64,000 bases of DNA from Candidatus Iainarchaeum sp. (GTDB taxonomy: Archaea > Iainarchaeota > Iainarchaeia > Iainarchaeales > JAGVWC01). This document shows positions 55,456-64,000 of the stretch, piece after piece (within the stretch, counting starts at the first letter, position 1; each line of letters opens with the position of its first letter). The notes beneath the pieces are model-generated. The model was not told the origin of the DNA, ran no database searches, and worked only from the letters and a program-made list of their open reading frames with translations. The stretch lies in the NCBI GenBank assembly GCA_018304465.1, contig JAGVWC010000009.1, positions 1 through 64,000 on the forward strand, written 5' to 3'. Both the position numbers and the translations under genes were made by a program.

Positions 55456-56202
55456 TTATTTAAAGCGTCGTCGGACAGCTTCTAGAGTTTCGATGCTTCC
55501 AATATCAAACCACTCATCAGTGGCAGAACCGTACACGAATCCATAGACCGACTTTTCTTTGAATAACCATTGGACGAATTCCCCTGGTTTGTCAGGGGAC
55601 AGTCCAAGTGAAAGGTATTTTCGAAAAAGTTTGACTGTTTCTTTCGAATAAAAATAAATTCCGATGGATGCCAAAGTTGAGGTTGGTTTGACTGGTTTTT
55701 CAATAAACTGAGTTACTTTTCCATTAGAATCAAGATTTACGATTCCAAATAGTTTGGCTTGATCTGATGTTTTAACATCGTAACACGCAATCACATCGGA
55801 TTTTTTTTTCGTGAAAAAATCCTGAAACGGTTTGATGGAAAACGAAAACAAATTGTCTCCTGAAACCCAAGCAATGTCTTCGTTTATGTTTTCTGTTTCA
55901 ATGACGAACTGGGCATCTCCAATTGCGCCAAGCCGTGTTTCATTCGAAGTGGTTCCATCATCGAGCACCACGATTGGAATTGAAACCGTTTGTTGACGTT
56001 TTTTTGCCCATTCTCGAAATTGAGAAGCGAATTTGTGATTTGAAACGACCACGATTTTTGTGATGTTATTTAGTTCGATAATTTTGTCCACGACGTAATC
56101 CATCATTGGGCGTCCTCCAATTTCGAGAAGCGCTTTGGGTTTGTCAAGTGTTAGCGGGTAGAGTCGCGTGGCATATCCCGCCACAGGAATAAGTGCAATC
56201 AC
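55456..56202 (-). CDS. sugar-1-phosphate nucleotidyltransferase
   Basis: AGYATRLYPLTLDKPKALL, GDN, EKP and WFDIG motifs. Confidence 0.92.
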   Translation of the reverse strand: MIALIPVAGYATRLYPLTLDKPKALLEIGGRPMMDYVVDKIIELNNITKIVVVSNHKFASQFREWAKKRQQTVSIPIVVLDDGTTSNETRLGAIGDAQFVIETENINEDIAWVSGDNLFSFSIKPFQDFFTKKKSDVIACYDVKTSDQAKLFGIVNLDSNGKVTQFIEKPVKPTSTLASIGIYFYSKETVKLFRKYLSLGLSPDKPGEFVQWLFKEKSVYGFVYGSATDEWFDIGSIETLEAVRRRFK

Positions 56203-57497
56203 ACGGGTTTCCTCCCAACACTGATGTATTCAAAACCAATTTTTTTCATTTGTTCAAGCGAGAACAGATTGCGTCCGTCAAACAAAATGGGTTTTTTGAG
56301 AATGGTTTTGGCTTGTTTCCAATCAAGTCCTCGAAATTGGGGCCATTCGGTCATAATTGCCACCGCATCGGCGCCTTTCATACAGTCGAATTCATTGACA
56401 GTAAACTCGACATTGGATAGCTTTTGATTGGCATTGTCCATCGCGACAGGATCGAACACTCGAATTTTAGCTCCTGCTTTTTGGAGTCCGGCAATGATAT
56501 CAAGAGCAGGTGCACTGCGCAAGTCATCTGTATCTGGTTTGAAAGCTAATCCAAGTACTGCAATTGTTTTTCCTTCCAAGGACCCGAATTTTTTTTGTAT
56601 TTTTTCCACGAAATTCGTGCGTTGCAACTCATTGATGGATTGGACTTCTTCGAGTAAGCCAAATGAGATTCCTTTGGCTGCCGCGATTCGAACAAACGCA
56701 TCCACATCTTTTGGAAAACAGCTTCCACCATACCCGATTCCCGCCTTAAGGAAATGCGGTCCGATGCGTTTATCTAAACTCATTCCGTATACGACGTCAT
56801 CGATATTGGCTCCAGTTTTTTCGCAAATATTAGCCAAAGCGTTCGCATACGAGATTTTGAGCGCCAAAAAAGAATTGGATGCATGTTTGATGAGTTCTGC
56901 ACTGGAAATATCCGTAAAGATAATCGGAGCCTTTAAAGGATCATACAATCGTTTCATTTTCTCGCGTGAACTTTCGCTTTCTGTTCCAATAACAATGCGA
57001 TCAGGTCGCATGAAGTCGGATACAGCTGTTCCTTCGCGAAGAAATTCAGGATTGCTTACAACATCAAACTTAACTTTGTGTCCGTTTTGGGTGTGAAGAA
57101 TTTCGTAGAGGCGATTTCCGGTTTCAACGGGAACGGTGCTTTTTTCAACCACAATTTTGGGGTCTTTGGCGGCTTTGGCAATTTCGTAAGCCACGTTTTC
57201 CACGTAGGAAAGATCGGCTTCTCCGTTGGGTTTGGAAGGAGTGCCTACCGCAATAAAAATGATTTCGGATTCGTTTATGCTACGGGGGAGATCTATTGAG
57301 AAAAATAATCGGTTTTGTTCCGTGTTTCGTCGGACCAGATCTTCTAATCCTGGTTCGTAGATTGGAATGATTCCTTTGTGGAGTTTGTCGATTTTTTCGG
57401 TGTTGTTATCTACACAAATAACCTGGTGACCAATCTCTGCCAAGCAAGTTCCCGTTACCAATCCAACATAACCAGTTCCAACGACAGTGACTTTCAT
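56199..57497 (-). CDS. ugd: UDP-glucose 6-dehydrogenase
   Basis: GTGYVGL, KSTVP, SNPEFLREG, GYGGSCFPKD and AFKPDTDD motifs. Confidence 0.95.
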   Translation of the reverse strand: MKVTVVGTGYVGLVTGTCLAEIGHQVICVDNNTEKIDKLHKGIIPIYEPGLEDLVRRNTEQNRLFFSIDLPRSINESEIIFIAVGTPSKPNGEADLSYVENVAYEIAKAAKDPKIVVEKSTVPVETGNRLYEILHTQNGHKVKFDVVSNPEFLREGTAVSDFMRPDRIVIGTESESSREKMKRLYDPLKAPIIFTDISSAELIKHASNSFLALKISYANALANICEKTGANIDDVVYGMSLDKRIGPHFLKAGIGYGGSCFPKDVDAFVRIAAAKGISFGLLEEVQSINELQRTNFVEKIQKKFGSLEGKTIAVLGLAFKPDTDDLRSAPALDIIAGLQKAGAKIRVFDPVAMDNANQKLSNVEFTVNEFDCMKGADAVAIMTEWPQFRGLDWKQAKTILKKPILFDGRNLFSLEQMKKIGFEYISVGRKPV

Positions 57498-57560
57498 AAT
57501 GTTCCCTCGTATTACCCGGAGTAATTGCTTAAAAAAGTAAATTGGTTCAATCGACGAAGC

Positions 57561-58490
57561 TCACTTGAGAAAAACGTTGTGGTTATACCAAGCAATGGTT
57601 TTTTCAAGGCCTTCATCAATCGAAAAACGCGGAGAAAAGCCGATTAATCGTTGCGCCTTGACAATGCGGGGTTCAAATTTTTCCACTTCACCGGGTCGAA
57701 TCGAAGAAACCGTGATAGCGCACTCGGAGTGATTTTTTTGGCAAATTTTCTTGGCGACTTCCAAAAGCGAAACCGCTTGTGGAAACGCTAGATTGTAGGC
57801 TTCGTTCTTGGCGGTTTCAAAGTTTTTGATGCCGCCCATGATTCCTTCGATGGCATCGTCAATGTAGGTAAATGCCAAGGACTTTTCTTTGCCAAAAATC
57901 GTAATGGGTTCATTTTGACGAGATTTTCGCAATACAATCGGAATAAAGCGTTCGCTGGTATCAAATTTTCCATACACATTTGAAAAACGGAAAATTTCAT
58001 AATCAATCCCAAAGCATTTTTGATAGGACACAACAAAGGATTCACCCGAAATTTTAGAAGCAGCATATGGAGACTCGGTGTTTTCAAGTGAAACATCGGA
58101 TTCGTCATGAATCATTTGGGGAGTATTTCCATAAACCTCCCGGCTGGATGCAAAAATTAAACGCGAGATCTTGTTTTTTCGACAGAATTCAAGCGTATTC
58201 AAGGTGGAAAGCACGTTGTCAACCGCTAGCTGCGGGTTTTGAACCGAAGGAAAAACGTAGGCATTGGCCGCGAGGTGAACGCATAGGTCGGCTTTGGAAG
58301 AAATTTTTTCAAGTTGAGCGGATTTGGTTAAATCAACGATCACGGTTTTTTTGTCAATCGCTTTGCTCCATTGATTATGAACTTTATCAACACCAATAAA
58401 ATCAATTTTTTCGGAAATGAGGCGTTCGCAGAGCGCGGTTCCAATCATTCCACTGGAACCCGTGACAATGATTTTTCGGATTTTACTCAT
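57561..58490 (-). CDS. NAD-dependent epimerase/dehydratase
   Basis: TGSSGMIG, SSREVYG and YAASK motifs. Confidence 0.9.
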   Translation of the reverse strand: MSKIRKIIVTGSSGMIGTALCERLISEKIDFIGVDKVHNQWSKAIDKKTVIVDLTKSAQLEKISSKADLCVHLAANAYVFPSVQNPQLAVDNVLSTLNTLEFCRKNKISRLIFASSREVYGNTPQMIHDESDVSLENTESPYAASKISGESFVVSYQKCFGIDYEIFRFSNVYGKFDTSERFIPIVLRKSRQNEPITIFGKEKSLAFTYIDDAIEGIMGGIKNFETAKNEAYNLAFPQAVSLLEVAKKICQKNHSECAITVSSIRPGEVEKFEPRIVKAQRLIGFSPRFSIDEGLEKTIAWYNHNVFLK

Positions 58491-58538
58491 GTCTCAAAAC
58501 CTTCAAATTACAAAAAGATTCATTTTTTTAACCTGCGT

Positions 58539-59441
58539 TTAAAGCAATAATTTTCCAAACCGGATGCTTCCCACCAACCGAGAGGATTTCACCGCAATGA
58601 CATATGCAATTCCCCCCAAAATAATTAAAATAGTGTGAAGGGGAGTCGAGTTTTTGAGAAACGTAATTCCTCGAGGACTGGATAGTTCAAATTTTCCCTT
58701 TTTTTGCCAAAGTCCCGTCGCAACAGCAAAATCAAACCACGGATCGATCCAAAAACCCCATTTAATGTTAAGAAATTCCTTGCAAACGGAAGAAGGGTGT
58801 TTTTTGTAAAGCAAAACATCATTCTGGTGGTAGACCAATCGTTGCCACACATGCTTTAGAAAATTAATCAGTCCGTTAGGTTTGACCATTTCGTGATCAT
58901 GAAGATAACCGGCTTTCACGAGTTTGAATTTGTATCCAAGTTCCATGATTTTAAAACTCAAATCAGTGTCTTCACGATAATACCGGTATTCTTCGTCATA
59001 ACCTCCAACTTGATCCAATAGTTCTTTTCGAAAACCCGTCGAAGTTCCTCCATAATAATCGTACGCGCTAACGACGCCGACTTCGGGAGAATCAAATCCC
59101 GCGACCATTTTTGAAAGCCAGTCTTTTTCGGCGATGCAATCATGATCCATATTGATGACCAATGGAAAACGAGCAAAGCGAATCCCCGCATTTCGGGATT
59201 TACACACGCCTTGGTTTTTTTGAAAATCAATAAAACGGATCTTTGTTTGGTTGGCAAATTCGAAGTGCATCATATTCCGAGTTTCATCCGTAGAACCGTC
59301 ATTCACCACAATGATTTCGTAGTCGCCTGAAAAATCTTGATTAAGAAGATTGTAAAGCGTTTTGCGAAGGGTTTTGGCATTGTTTAATGTCGCAATGACA
59401 ATCGAAGCACCAAAATCAGGATTTTTTTTGAGGCGGGGCAT
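58539..59441 (-). CDS. GT2 glycosyltransferase
   Basis: VNDGSTD, SRNAG, MDHDC, GGYDE and REDTDL motifs. Confidence 0.9.
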   Translation of the reverse strand: MPRLKKNPDFGASIVIATLNNAKTLRKTLYNLLNQDFSGDYEIIVVNDGSTDETRNMMHFEFANQTKIRFIDFQKNQGVCKSRNAGIRFARFPLVINMDHDCIAEKDWLSKMVAGFDSPEVGVVSAYDYYGGTSTGFRKELLDQVGGYDEEYRYYREDTDLSFKIMELGYKFKLVKAGYLHDHEMVKPNGLINFLKHVWQRLVYHQNDVLLYKKHPSSVCKEFLNIKWGFWIDPWFDFAVATGLWQKKGKFELSSPRGITFLKNSTPLHTILIILGGIAYVIAVKSSRLVGSIRFGKLLL

Positions 59442-59525
59442 CCTAATGAATTATTCGCAAAACAGGGTTTTTTAATCCTCAGGTACAGGAAAATTAAGGA
59501 CACCTACGAGAGGAGAAATGAAAAA

Positions 59526-60416
59526 ATGAACGTACTGGTTACCGGCGGAACTGGGTTTATTGGAAACGCCTTGGTAAAAGAACTTCTATTGCGAAAAAAC
59601 GAAGTCATCGTAGCTTCGATGCGTTCAAATTCCCCTCAAAACCAGCCGGTTAAAATAAGGACAAGTAATTTGAAAAACTTGGAGGATTGTGTCAAAGCCA
59701 CCAAGGACATGGACGCAATTTTTCATTTGGCAACCGCAGGCGAAAAAGGAAAAACCCAGGAAGAAATCCAATCGGAAAACGAAACCATGATGAAAAATCT
59801 GTTGGAAAGTGCCAAAAAAAATCAGGTGAAATCATTTTTACTTGCAAGTACGTTGCTAGTGAATTCATTTCTTGAAAATCCAAAACAAGAAACGTCTCGT
59901 CGCGGATACATTCAAAGTAAACTGAATCAAGAAAAAATGCTCGTACAAACCGCAACGCAAGCAGGTTTTTCTTTTTGCATTGTTCGGATTGGAAATTGTT
60001 ACGGTCCGGGTTTTTTGAGTTCAGGCCAGCCAAGTGTGATCGGTACGTTCATCACCAAGGCCATAGAAAACCAACCGATACCCGTGTTTGGAGAGGGAAA
60101 TCAGAAGCGCTCGTTTATTCATGTGGACGATGTGGCCAAAGGAATGTGCGCCGTGTTTGAATCAAACAAGGCCAATGAACCATTGGACTTAACGTTTCCA
60201 GAAACGATTACCATTAACGATTTGGCCAAAAAAATCATTTCCTTAACCAACTCCAAAAGCGAGATTAGTCGGATTCCGCAAGATCATGTCGATGTATCTC
60301 GTCCCATTTTTGACATGGAAAAAACCCGGCTTAAAACCGGTTTTGTTCCTCAATTTTCGCTTGAAAAAGGGCTAAAAGACACGATTTCGTGGTACCAGAA
60401 AAACAAAGGCAAGTAA
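59526..60416 (+). CDS. NAD-dependent epimerase/dehydratase
   Basis: TGGTGFIG, YIQSK, YGPG and RSFIHVDD motifs. Confidence 0.88.
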   Translation: MNVLVTGGTGFIGNALVKELLLRKNEVIVASMRSNSPQNQPVKIRTSNLKNLEDCVKATKDMDAIFHLATAGEKGKTQEEIQSENETMMKNLLESAKKNQVKSFLLASTLLVNSFLENPKQETSRRGYIQSKLNQEKMLVQTATQAGFSFCIVRIGNCYGPGFLSSGQPSVIGTFITKAIENQPIPVFGEGNQKRSFIHVDDVAKGMCAVFESNKANEPLDLTFPETITINDLAKKIISLTNSKSEISRIPQDHVDVSRPIFDMEKTRLKTGFVPQFSLEKGLKDTISWYQKNKGK

Positions 60417-60468
60417 TTGTACCAAACTGCATTTAAAAACCCGGCCAGGAAATATATCAGAATTACGT

Positions 60469-61437
60469 ATGTCTACACGCACGATTTTGGTGACCGGTGG
60501 CGCGGGTTTTATCGGAAGCCATTTTGTCAAACACCATTTGAAAAACTACCCTTCCGACCAAGTGATTAATTTTGATAAACTGACGTATGCGGGTCGGCTT
60601 GAAAATCTCAAAGAAGTCGAAAAAAACCCGAATTATTCGTTTGTGAAAGGCGATATTTGCAATCCATCCGAAGTCGCCAAGGTGATGAAAAACGTGGATA
60701 TGGTGGTTCATTTTGCCGCGGAATCCCACGTGGATCGAAGCATCCAAAGCTCGATCGAATTCCTTGAAACCAACGTGATCGGAACGTATCGATTGCTGGA
60801 AGAAAGTCGAAATCAAAACGTGTCCAAGTTTGTGCAAATTTCAACCGATGAAGTGTACGGACAAATCATGTCCGGCAGTTTTAAAGAAACCGACGTGTTG
60901 AATCCTCGAAATCCATATTCTGCCAGCAAAACAGGGGCGGATCGCTTGGCCTACAGTTTTTTTGAAACCCACAACGTCCCGGTCGTGATCACGCGTTCAA
61001 GCAACAATTACGGGCCCAATCAGTTCCCCGAAAAATTGATTCCGTTGTTTGTCACGAATTTGTTGGTCAAAAAAAAAGTGCCTGTGTACGGAACCGGAAA
61101 AAACATTCGGGATTGGTTGCATGTCGAAGACAATTGTCGCGGAATCGAAGCCGTGTTATCCAAAGGAAAAAACGGGGAAGTATACAACATCGGCGGCGAA
61201 AACGAATACACCAACATTGAAATCACGAAAATGATTCTAAACGAACTTGGAAAAGGCGAAGAAATGATCGAATACGTGGAAGACCGCAAAGGTCACGATT
61301 TCCGATATGCGCTGGATTGTTCCAAAATCAAAAAAGAACTGGATTGGAAACCCGTGATTTCGTTTGAAAAAGGAATCAAAGACACTATTCGTTGGTATCA
61401 AGACAACGAATGGTGGTGGAAACCGCTGGTGAAGTAA
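60469..61437 (+). CDS. rfbB: dTDP-glucose 4,6-dehydratase
   Basis: DKLTYAG, AAESHVDRSI, STDEVYG, YSASK and NNYGPNQFPEKLIP motifs. Confidence 0.97.
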   Translation: MSTRTILVTGGAGFIGSHFVKHHLKNYPSDQVINFDKLTYAGRLENLKEVEKNPNYSFVKGDICNPSEVAKVMKNVDMVVHFAAESHVDRSIQSSIEFLETNVIGTYRLLEESRNQNVSKFVQISTDEVYGQIMSGSFKETDVLNPRNPYSASKTGADRLAYSFFETHNVPVVITRSSNNYGPNQFPEKLIPLFVTNLLVKKKVPVYGTGKNIRDWLHVEDNCRGIEAVLSKGKNGEVYNIGGENEYTNIEITKMILNELGKGEEMIEYVEDRKGHDFRYALDCSKIKKELDWKPVISFEKGIKDTIRWYQDNEWWWKPLVK

Positions 61438-61439
61438 AA

Positions 61440-61817
61440 ATGAAAATAAAAAAAGAAATGGAACTTTTTGAGCCAAACAAGGAAAAGAATTTTGACCTGG
61501 CCCAATTAGATGAAGAGGATCAAAAAAGTTGGAGGGATCAGGCGGTCAGAGCAGTTCAAAATTCTTTCTTAAATTACTATTTAGTTGTGGGATCGGCTTT
61601 AGTTCTATTACTTGGAATTTTATTGGACCCCCGAAAATTCCTAGAAACCTATTTGCCTCAACAAGTTCAAAACATTTGGGTTGCAATGATTTTTGTTTTG
61701 GTAGTTGGGATGTTATTAGCATATATACTTCACAGAACTAGAAATGAAGCCAACAAAAGAATTGAGAAAATATGGCAAGAATATTTAGATAATAAAAAAA
61801 AGGAGTCAAAAAAATGA
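61440..61817 (+). CDS. hypothetical 2-TM protein, AT-rich
   Basis: 125 aa with two hydrophobic helices, translationally coupled to both neighbours. Confidence 0.65.
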   Translation: MKIKKEMELFEPNKEKNFDLAQLDEEDQKSWRDQAVRAVQNSFLNYYLVVGSALVLLLGILLDPRKFLETYLPQQVQNIWVAMIFVLVVGMLLAYILHRTRNEANKRIEKIWQEYLDNKKKESKK

Positions 61818-62560
61818 AAGGTGTTATTCTTGCAGGCGGAATGGGGTCAAGACTAAAACCTCTTACGTCCGTGACCAACAAACATTTGTTGCCGATTTAT
61901 GACAAGCCCATGATTTTTTATCCGATTCAAATTCTAAAGGACGCGGGCATCACGGAGATCATGGTTGTCACGGGAACGCATCACGCAGGAGCCATCTTTC
62001 AATTGTTGGGAAGCGGCCATGAATATGGTGTAAAGTTTACATACCGGGTTCAGGACCAAGCCGGCGGGATTCCGCAAGCGATTGGTTTGGCGGAAGGATT
62101 TGTCGGGGACGACAAGTTTGTGTCGGTGAACGGGGATAATATTTTGTTTGAAAACATCAAGCCGTTTGTGGACGAATTCGAAAAAGGAAAAGAAGAAGCC
62201 CGGATTTTGTTGTACAACGGTTCAAGAGAAGATGCCCAGAAATCCGGCGTTGCCGTGCTGGAAGGCGACAAGGTGTTAAAGATCGTGGAAAAACCCAAGG
62301 ATCCACCCAGCAATTGGATTTCAATCGGTGTTTTGATGTTCACGCCAGGCGTGTTTGATATCATCAAGACGCTAAAGCCAAGTGCGCGGGGAGAACTCGA
62401 GATTTCGGATGTGCAAAACGAGTATATTCGACGCGGAACATTGAAAGCCAGTAAATTGCGCGACGAATGGCTGGATGCGGGAACGATTGATGAACTGGTG
62501 CGCGTGAACCAGATCATTGCCGAACACGAACAAAAGAAAAAAAGGGATTCTTATACATAA
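61814..62560 (+). CDS. rfbA: glucose-1-phosphate thymidylyltransferase (short RmlA/SpsI type)
   Basis: ILAGGMGSRLKPLT, KHLLPIYDKPMI, EKP, PSARGELEI and WLDAGT motifs. Confidence 0.93.
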   Translation: MKGVILAGGMGSRLKPLTSVTNKHLLPIYDKPMIFYPIQILKDAGITEIMVVTGTHHAGAIFQLLGSGHEYGVKFTYRVQDQAGGIPQAIGLAEGFVGDDKFVSVNGDNILFENIKPFVDEFEKGKEEARILLYNGSREDAQKSGVAVLEGDKVLKIVEKPKDPPSNWISIGVLMFTPGVFDIIKTLKPSARGELEISDVQNEYIRRGTLKASKLRDEWLDAGTIDELVRVNQIIAEHEQKKKRDSYT

Positions 62561-62566
62561 CGTGGT

Positions 62567-63538
62567 GTGGGTTTGCAGCGATTCATCTCCGTCGTGATTC
62601 CGGTTCACACCCGGCGTTCGGAATTGGAAAAAAACCTGTTAGCTTTAGAGCGGCAAACGTATCCCAAAACAAGGTTTGAAGTCGTTTGCGTTGGGCAAAA
62701 CGAAAACGCGCTTCCTGAGTCGTTTTGCAGACCCGAACGGTTTTCGAAGACGCGGAAGAATTTTTCTTTTTTTTCGATTCCGTCGCGCTGGCCGGATGCC
62801 AAAAGAAACGCGGGAATCAAAAAAAGCCGGGGGGAAATCGTCGCGTTTACGGATGACGATTGTCTCGTGGCCGAGGATTGGCTGGAAAAAATAAACCTGG
62901 CGTTCGAACAGAACCCAAAAATCGCGGGAGTCGAGGGAAAAACCGTCGGACAATCCGAATTGTTGTTTTCACACGCGACAAAAAACGAGTGCGGGGGGCT
63001 GTATCCGACGTGCAACATGGCTTTTCAAAAAAACGCGTTGCAACAAGTGAACGGGTTCGATGAACGATACCATTTTTTCCGCGAAGACATCGACTTGGCG
63101 TTTGCAGTTCAGAAAAACGCCGGACCGATTGTTTTTGACGATCACGTGGTCGTGGTGCATCCCGAGCGAAAAACGAGTGGGTTGTCCGTGTTAAACGAAT
63201 TGAAGATGTTTCGCGGAGACGTGCTGTTGTTCAAAAAATATCCAGCCGAATACAAACGAACGTTTGGTTGGCTTGGAAAAGGCGCGTTGAAACAATCATT
63301 CGCGACGTTTTTTTTGTTGGTCATGTTTTCGGTTTTTTTGGAACTGGGTTTTCCGGTCGCGGCGTTGGGAATGGTGTTCGCGTGGATCGTGTTCAAGTTT
63401 TTCTTATTGATGCGAAAGAAAAAATTTTCGTTAATCGAGGGAGTTTTGTTTTTGATCGCAAGCGGGGCAAAGGATTTGCTCGCCCCGGTTTATTATTTCA
63501 AGTATTGGCTTGAAGTAAATGAAAAAGAAAAGGGATGA
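62567..63538 (+). CDS. GT2 glycosyltransferase with C-terminal TMs
   Basis: SVVIP, KRNAG, FTDDDC, CNMAF, GFDE and REDIDL motifs. Confidence 0.9.
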   Translation: MGLQRFISVVIPVHTRRSELEKNLLALERQTYPKTRFEVVCVGQNENALPESFCRPERFSKTRKNFSFFSIPSRWPDAKRNAGIKKSRGEIVAFTDDDCLVAEDWLEKINLAFEQNPKIAGVEGKTVGQSELLFSHATKNECGGLYPTCNMAFQKNALQQVNGFDERYHFFREDIDLAFAVQKNAGPIVFDDHVVVVHPERKTSGLSVLNELKMFRGDVLLFKKYPAEYKRTFGWLGKGALKQSFATFFLLVMFSVFLELGFPVAALGMVFAWIVFKFFLLMRKKKFSLIEGVLFLIASGAKDLLAPVYYFKYWLEVNEKEKG

Positions 63539-63634
63539 CCGTGGGAAAATCGGTTGTTTTTGAACAGGATTTTTATCTTGCAAAACAGGGTTGAATGGAA
63601 AAGTATTTATCACTCAAAAACAAAGGGTTTACGA

Positions 63635-64000
63635 ATGGAAAAAAAGTGGTGGAACGGCGTCGTTTTCGAGCAAGACATTTACCTGGCGAAGGAATCCGAG
63701 GCCCGTGCCCGGATGAAAATCGCCGAAAAAGCAAAGCAAATCGGTTTTTTGCGGTTTGGCGGCGAATTTTTGTTTATGAAATCAAATGATGTTCAAGATT
63801 TGGAAAAACAGGAAGAATTGGCCAGGGAAATTTTCAAGCAGCATGAGAACTTGTTTGACGAAACCTATTTTTCGATTCATTGCCCATGGATTCCAACGGA
63901 TTCGACTTCGATTGAAACCAGCTTGGAAGCGCTGCAGACGCTTGAAAAATTATTGTCATTTGCCCCCGATTTGGTGTCGGTGATTAATCTTCATTTTGGA
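63635..64000 (+). CDS. 5' part of a hypothetical protein, possibly a xylose-isomerase-like TIM barrel (runs off the window; not in the ORF track)
   Basis: Read manually: MEKKWWNGVVFEQDIYLAKES...YFSIHCPW...VINLHFG, open to the end of the window. Confidence 0.6.
   Translation, partial: MEKKWWNGVVFEQDIYLAKESEARARMKIAEKAKQIGFLRFGGEFLFMKSNDVQDLEKQEELAREIFKQHENLFDETYFSIHCPWIPTDSTSIETSLEALQTLEKLLSFAPDLVSVINLHFG

Noticed and set aside
63595-63983. ORF-track entries 63595-63789 and 63786-63983
   Set aside because: These are alternative frames of the better ORF that starts at 63635 and runs off the window.
1-64000. CRISPR arrays, tRNAs, transposases/integrases, reverse transcriptase or defence systems
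   Set aside because: None recognised by eye; a tRNAscan or Infernal run could still find divergent RNAs.
16833-64000. Poly-A/T tracts as phase-variation switches in glycosyltransferases
   Set aside because: A/T runs of 7-9 nt are everywhere, including housekeeping genes, and the GT frames are intact.

Overview
Archaeal chromosomal DNA, most consistent with a DPANN lineage (possibly Diapherotrites/Iainarchaeota; inferred from gene content and not tested phylogenetically). Bases 1-16.7 kb are mostly housekeeping genes: the end of a disrupted surface protein, rpl12-rpl10-rpl1, rpl11-spt5-secE-ftsZ, R15P isomerase and AMP phosphorylase, rsmA, htpX-lemA, DUF655-rpoF-rpl21e, tbp, a stand-alone 5S rRNA, and peroxiredoxin-FNR-Mrp. 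Bases 16.8-64 kb are one very large, mosaic surface/N-glycosylation locus. It opens with aglB, an Alg7-like GPT and split Alg14/Alg13 genes. It also has 5 GT2, 6 GT4, GT-C enzymes, flippases, NDP-sugar enzymes, 4 SAM methyltransferases, a B12 radical-SAM enzyme and a carbamoyltransferase. The main candidate for an undescribed system is at 34.7-42 kb: a complete acyl-carrier-protein module (AcpS, ACP, FkbH, ketoreductase, MaoC dehydratase, LbH acyltransferase) coupled to amino-sugar synthesis genes. It is predicted to put a glyceryl or lactyl group on an archaeal glycan, although archaea generally lack ACP chemistry. All calls come from motif recognition by eye; no database searches were run.
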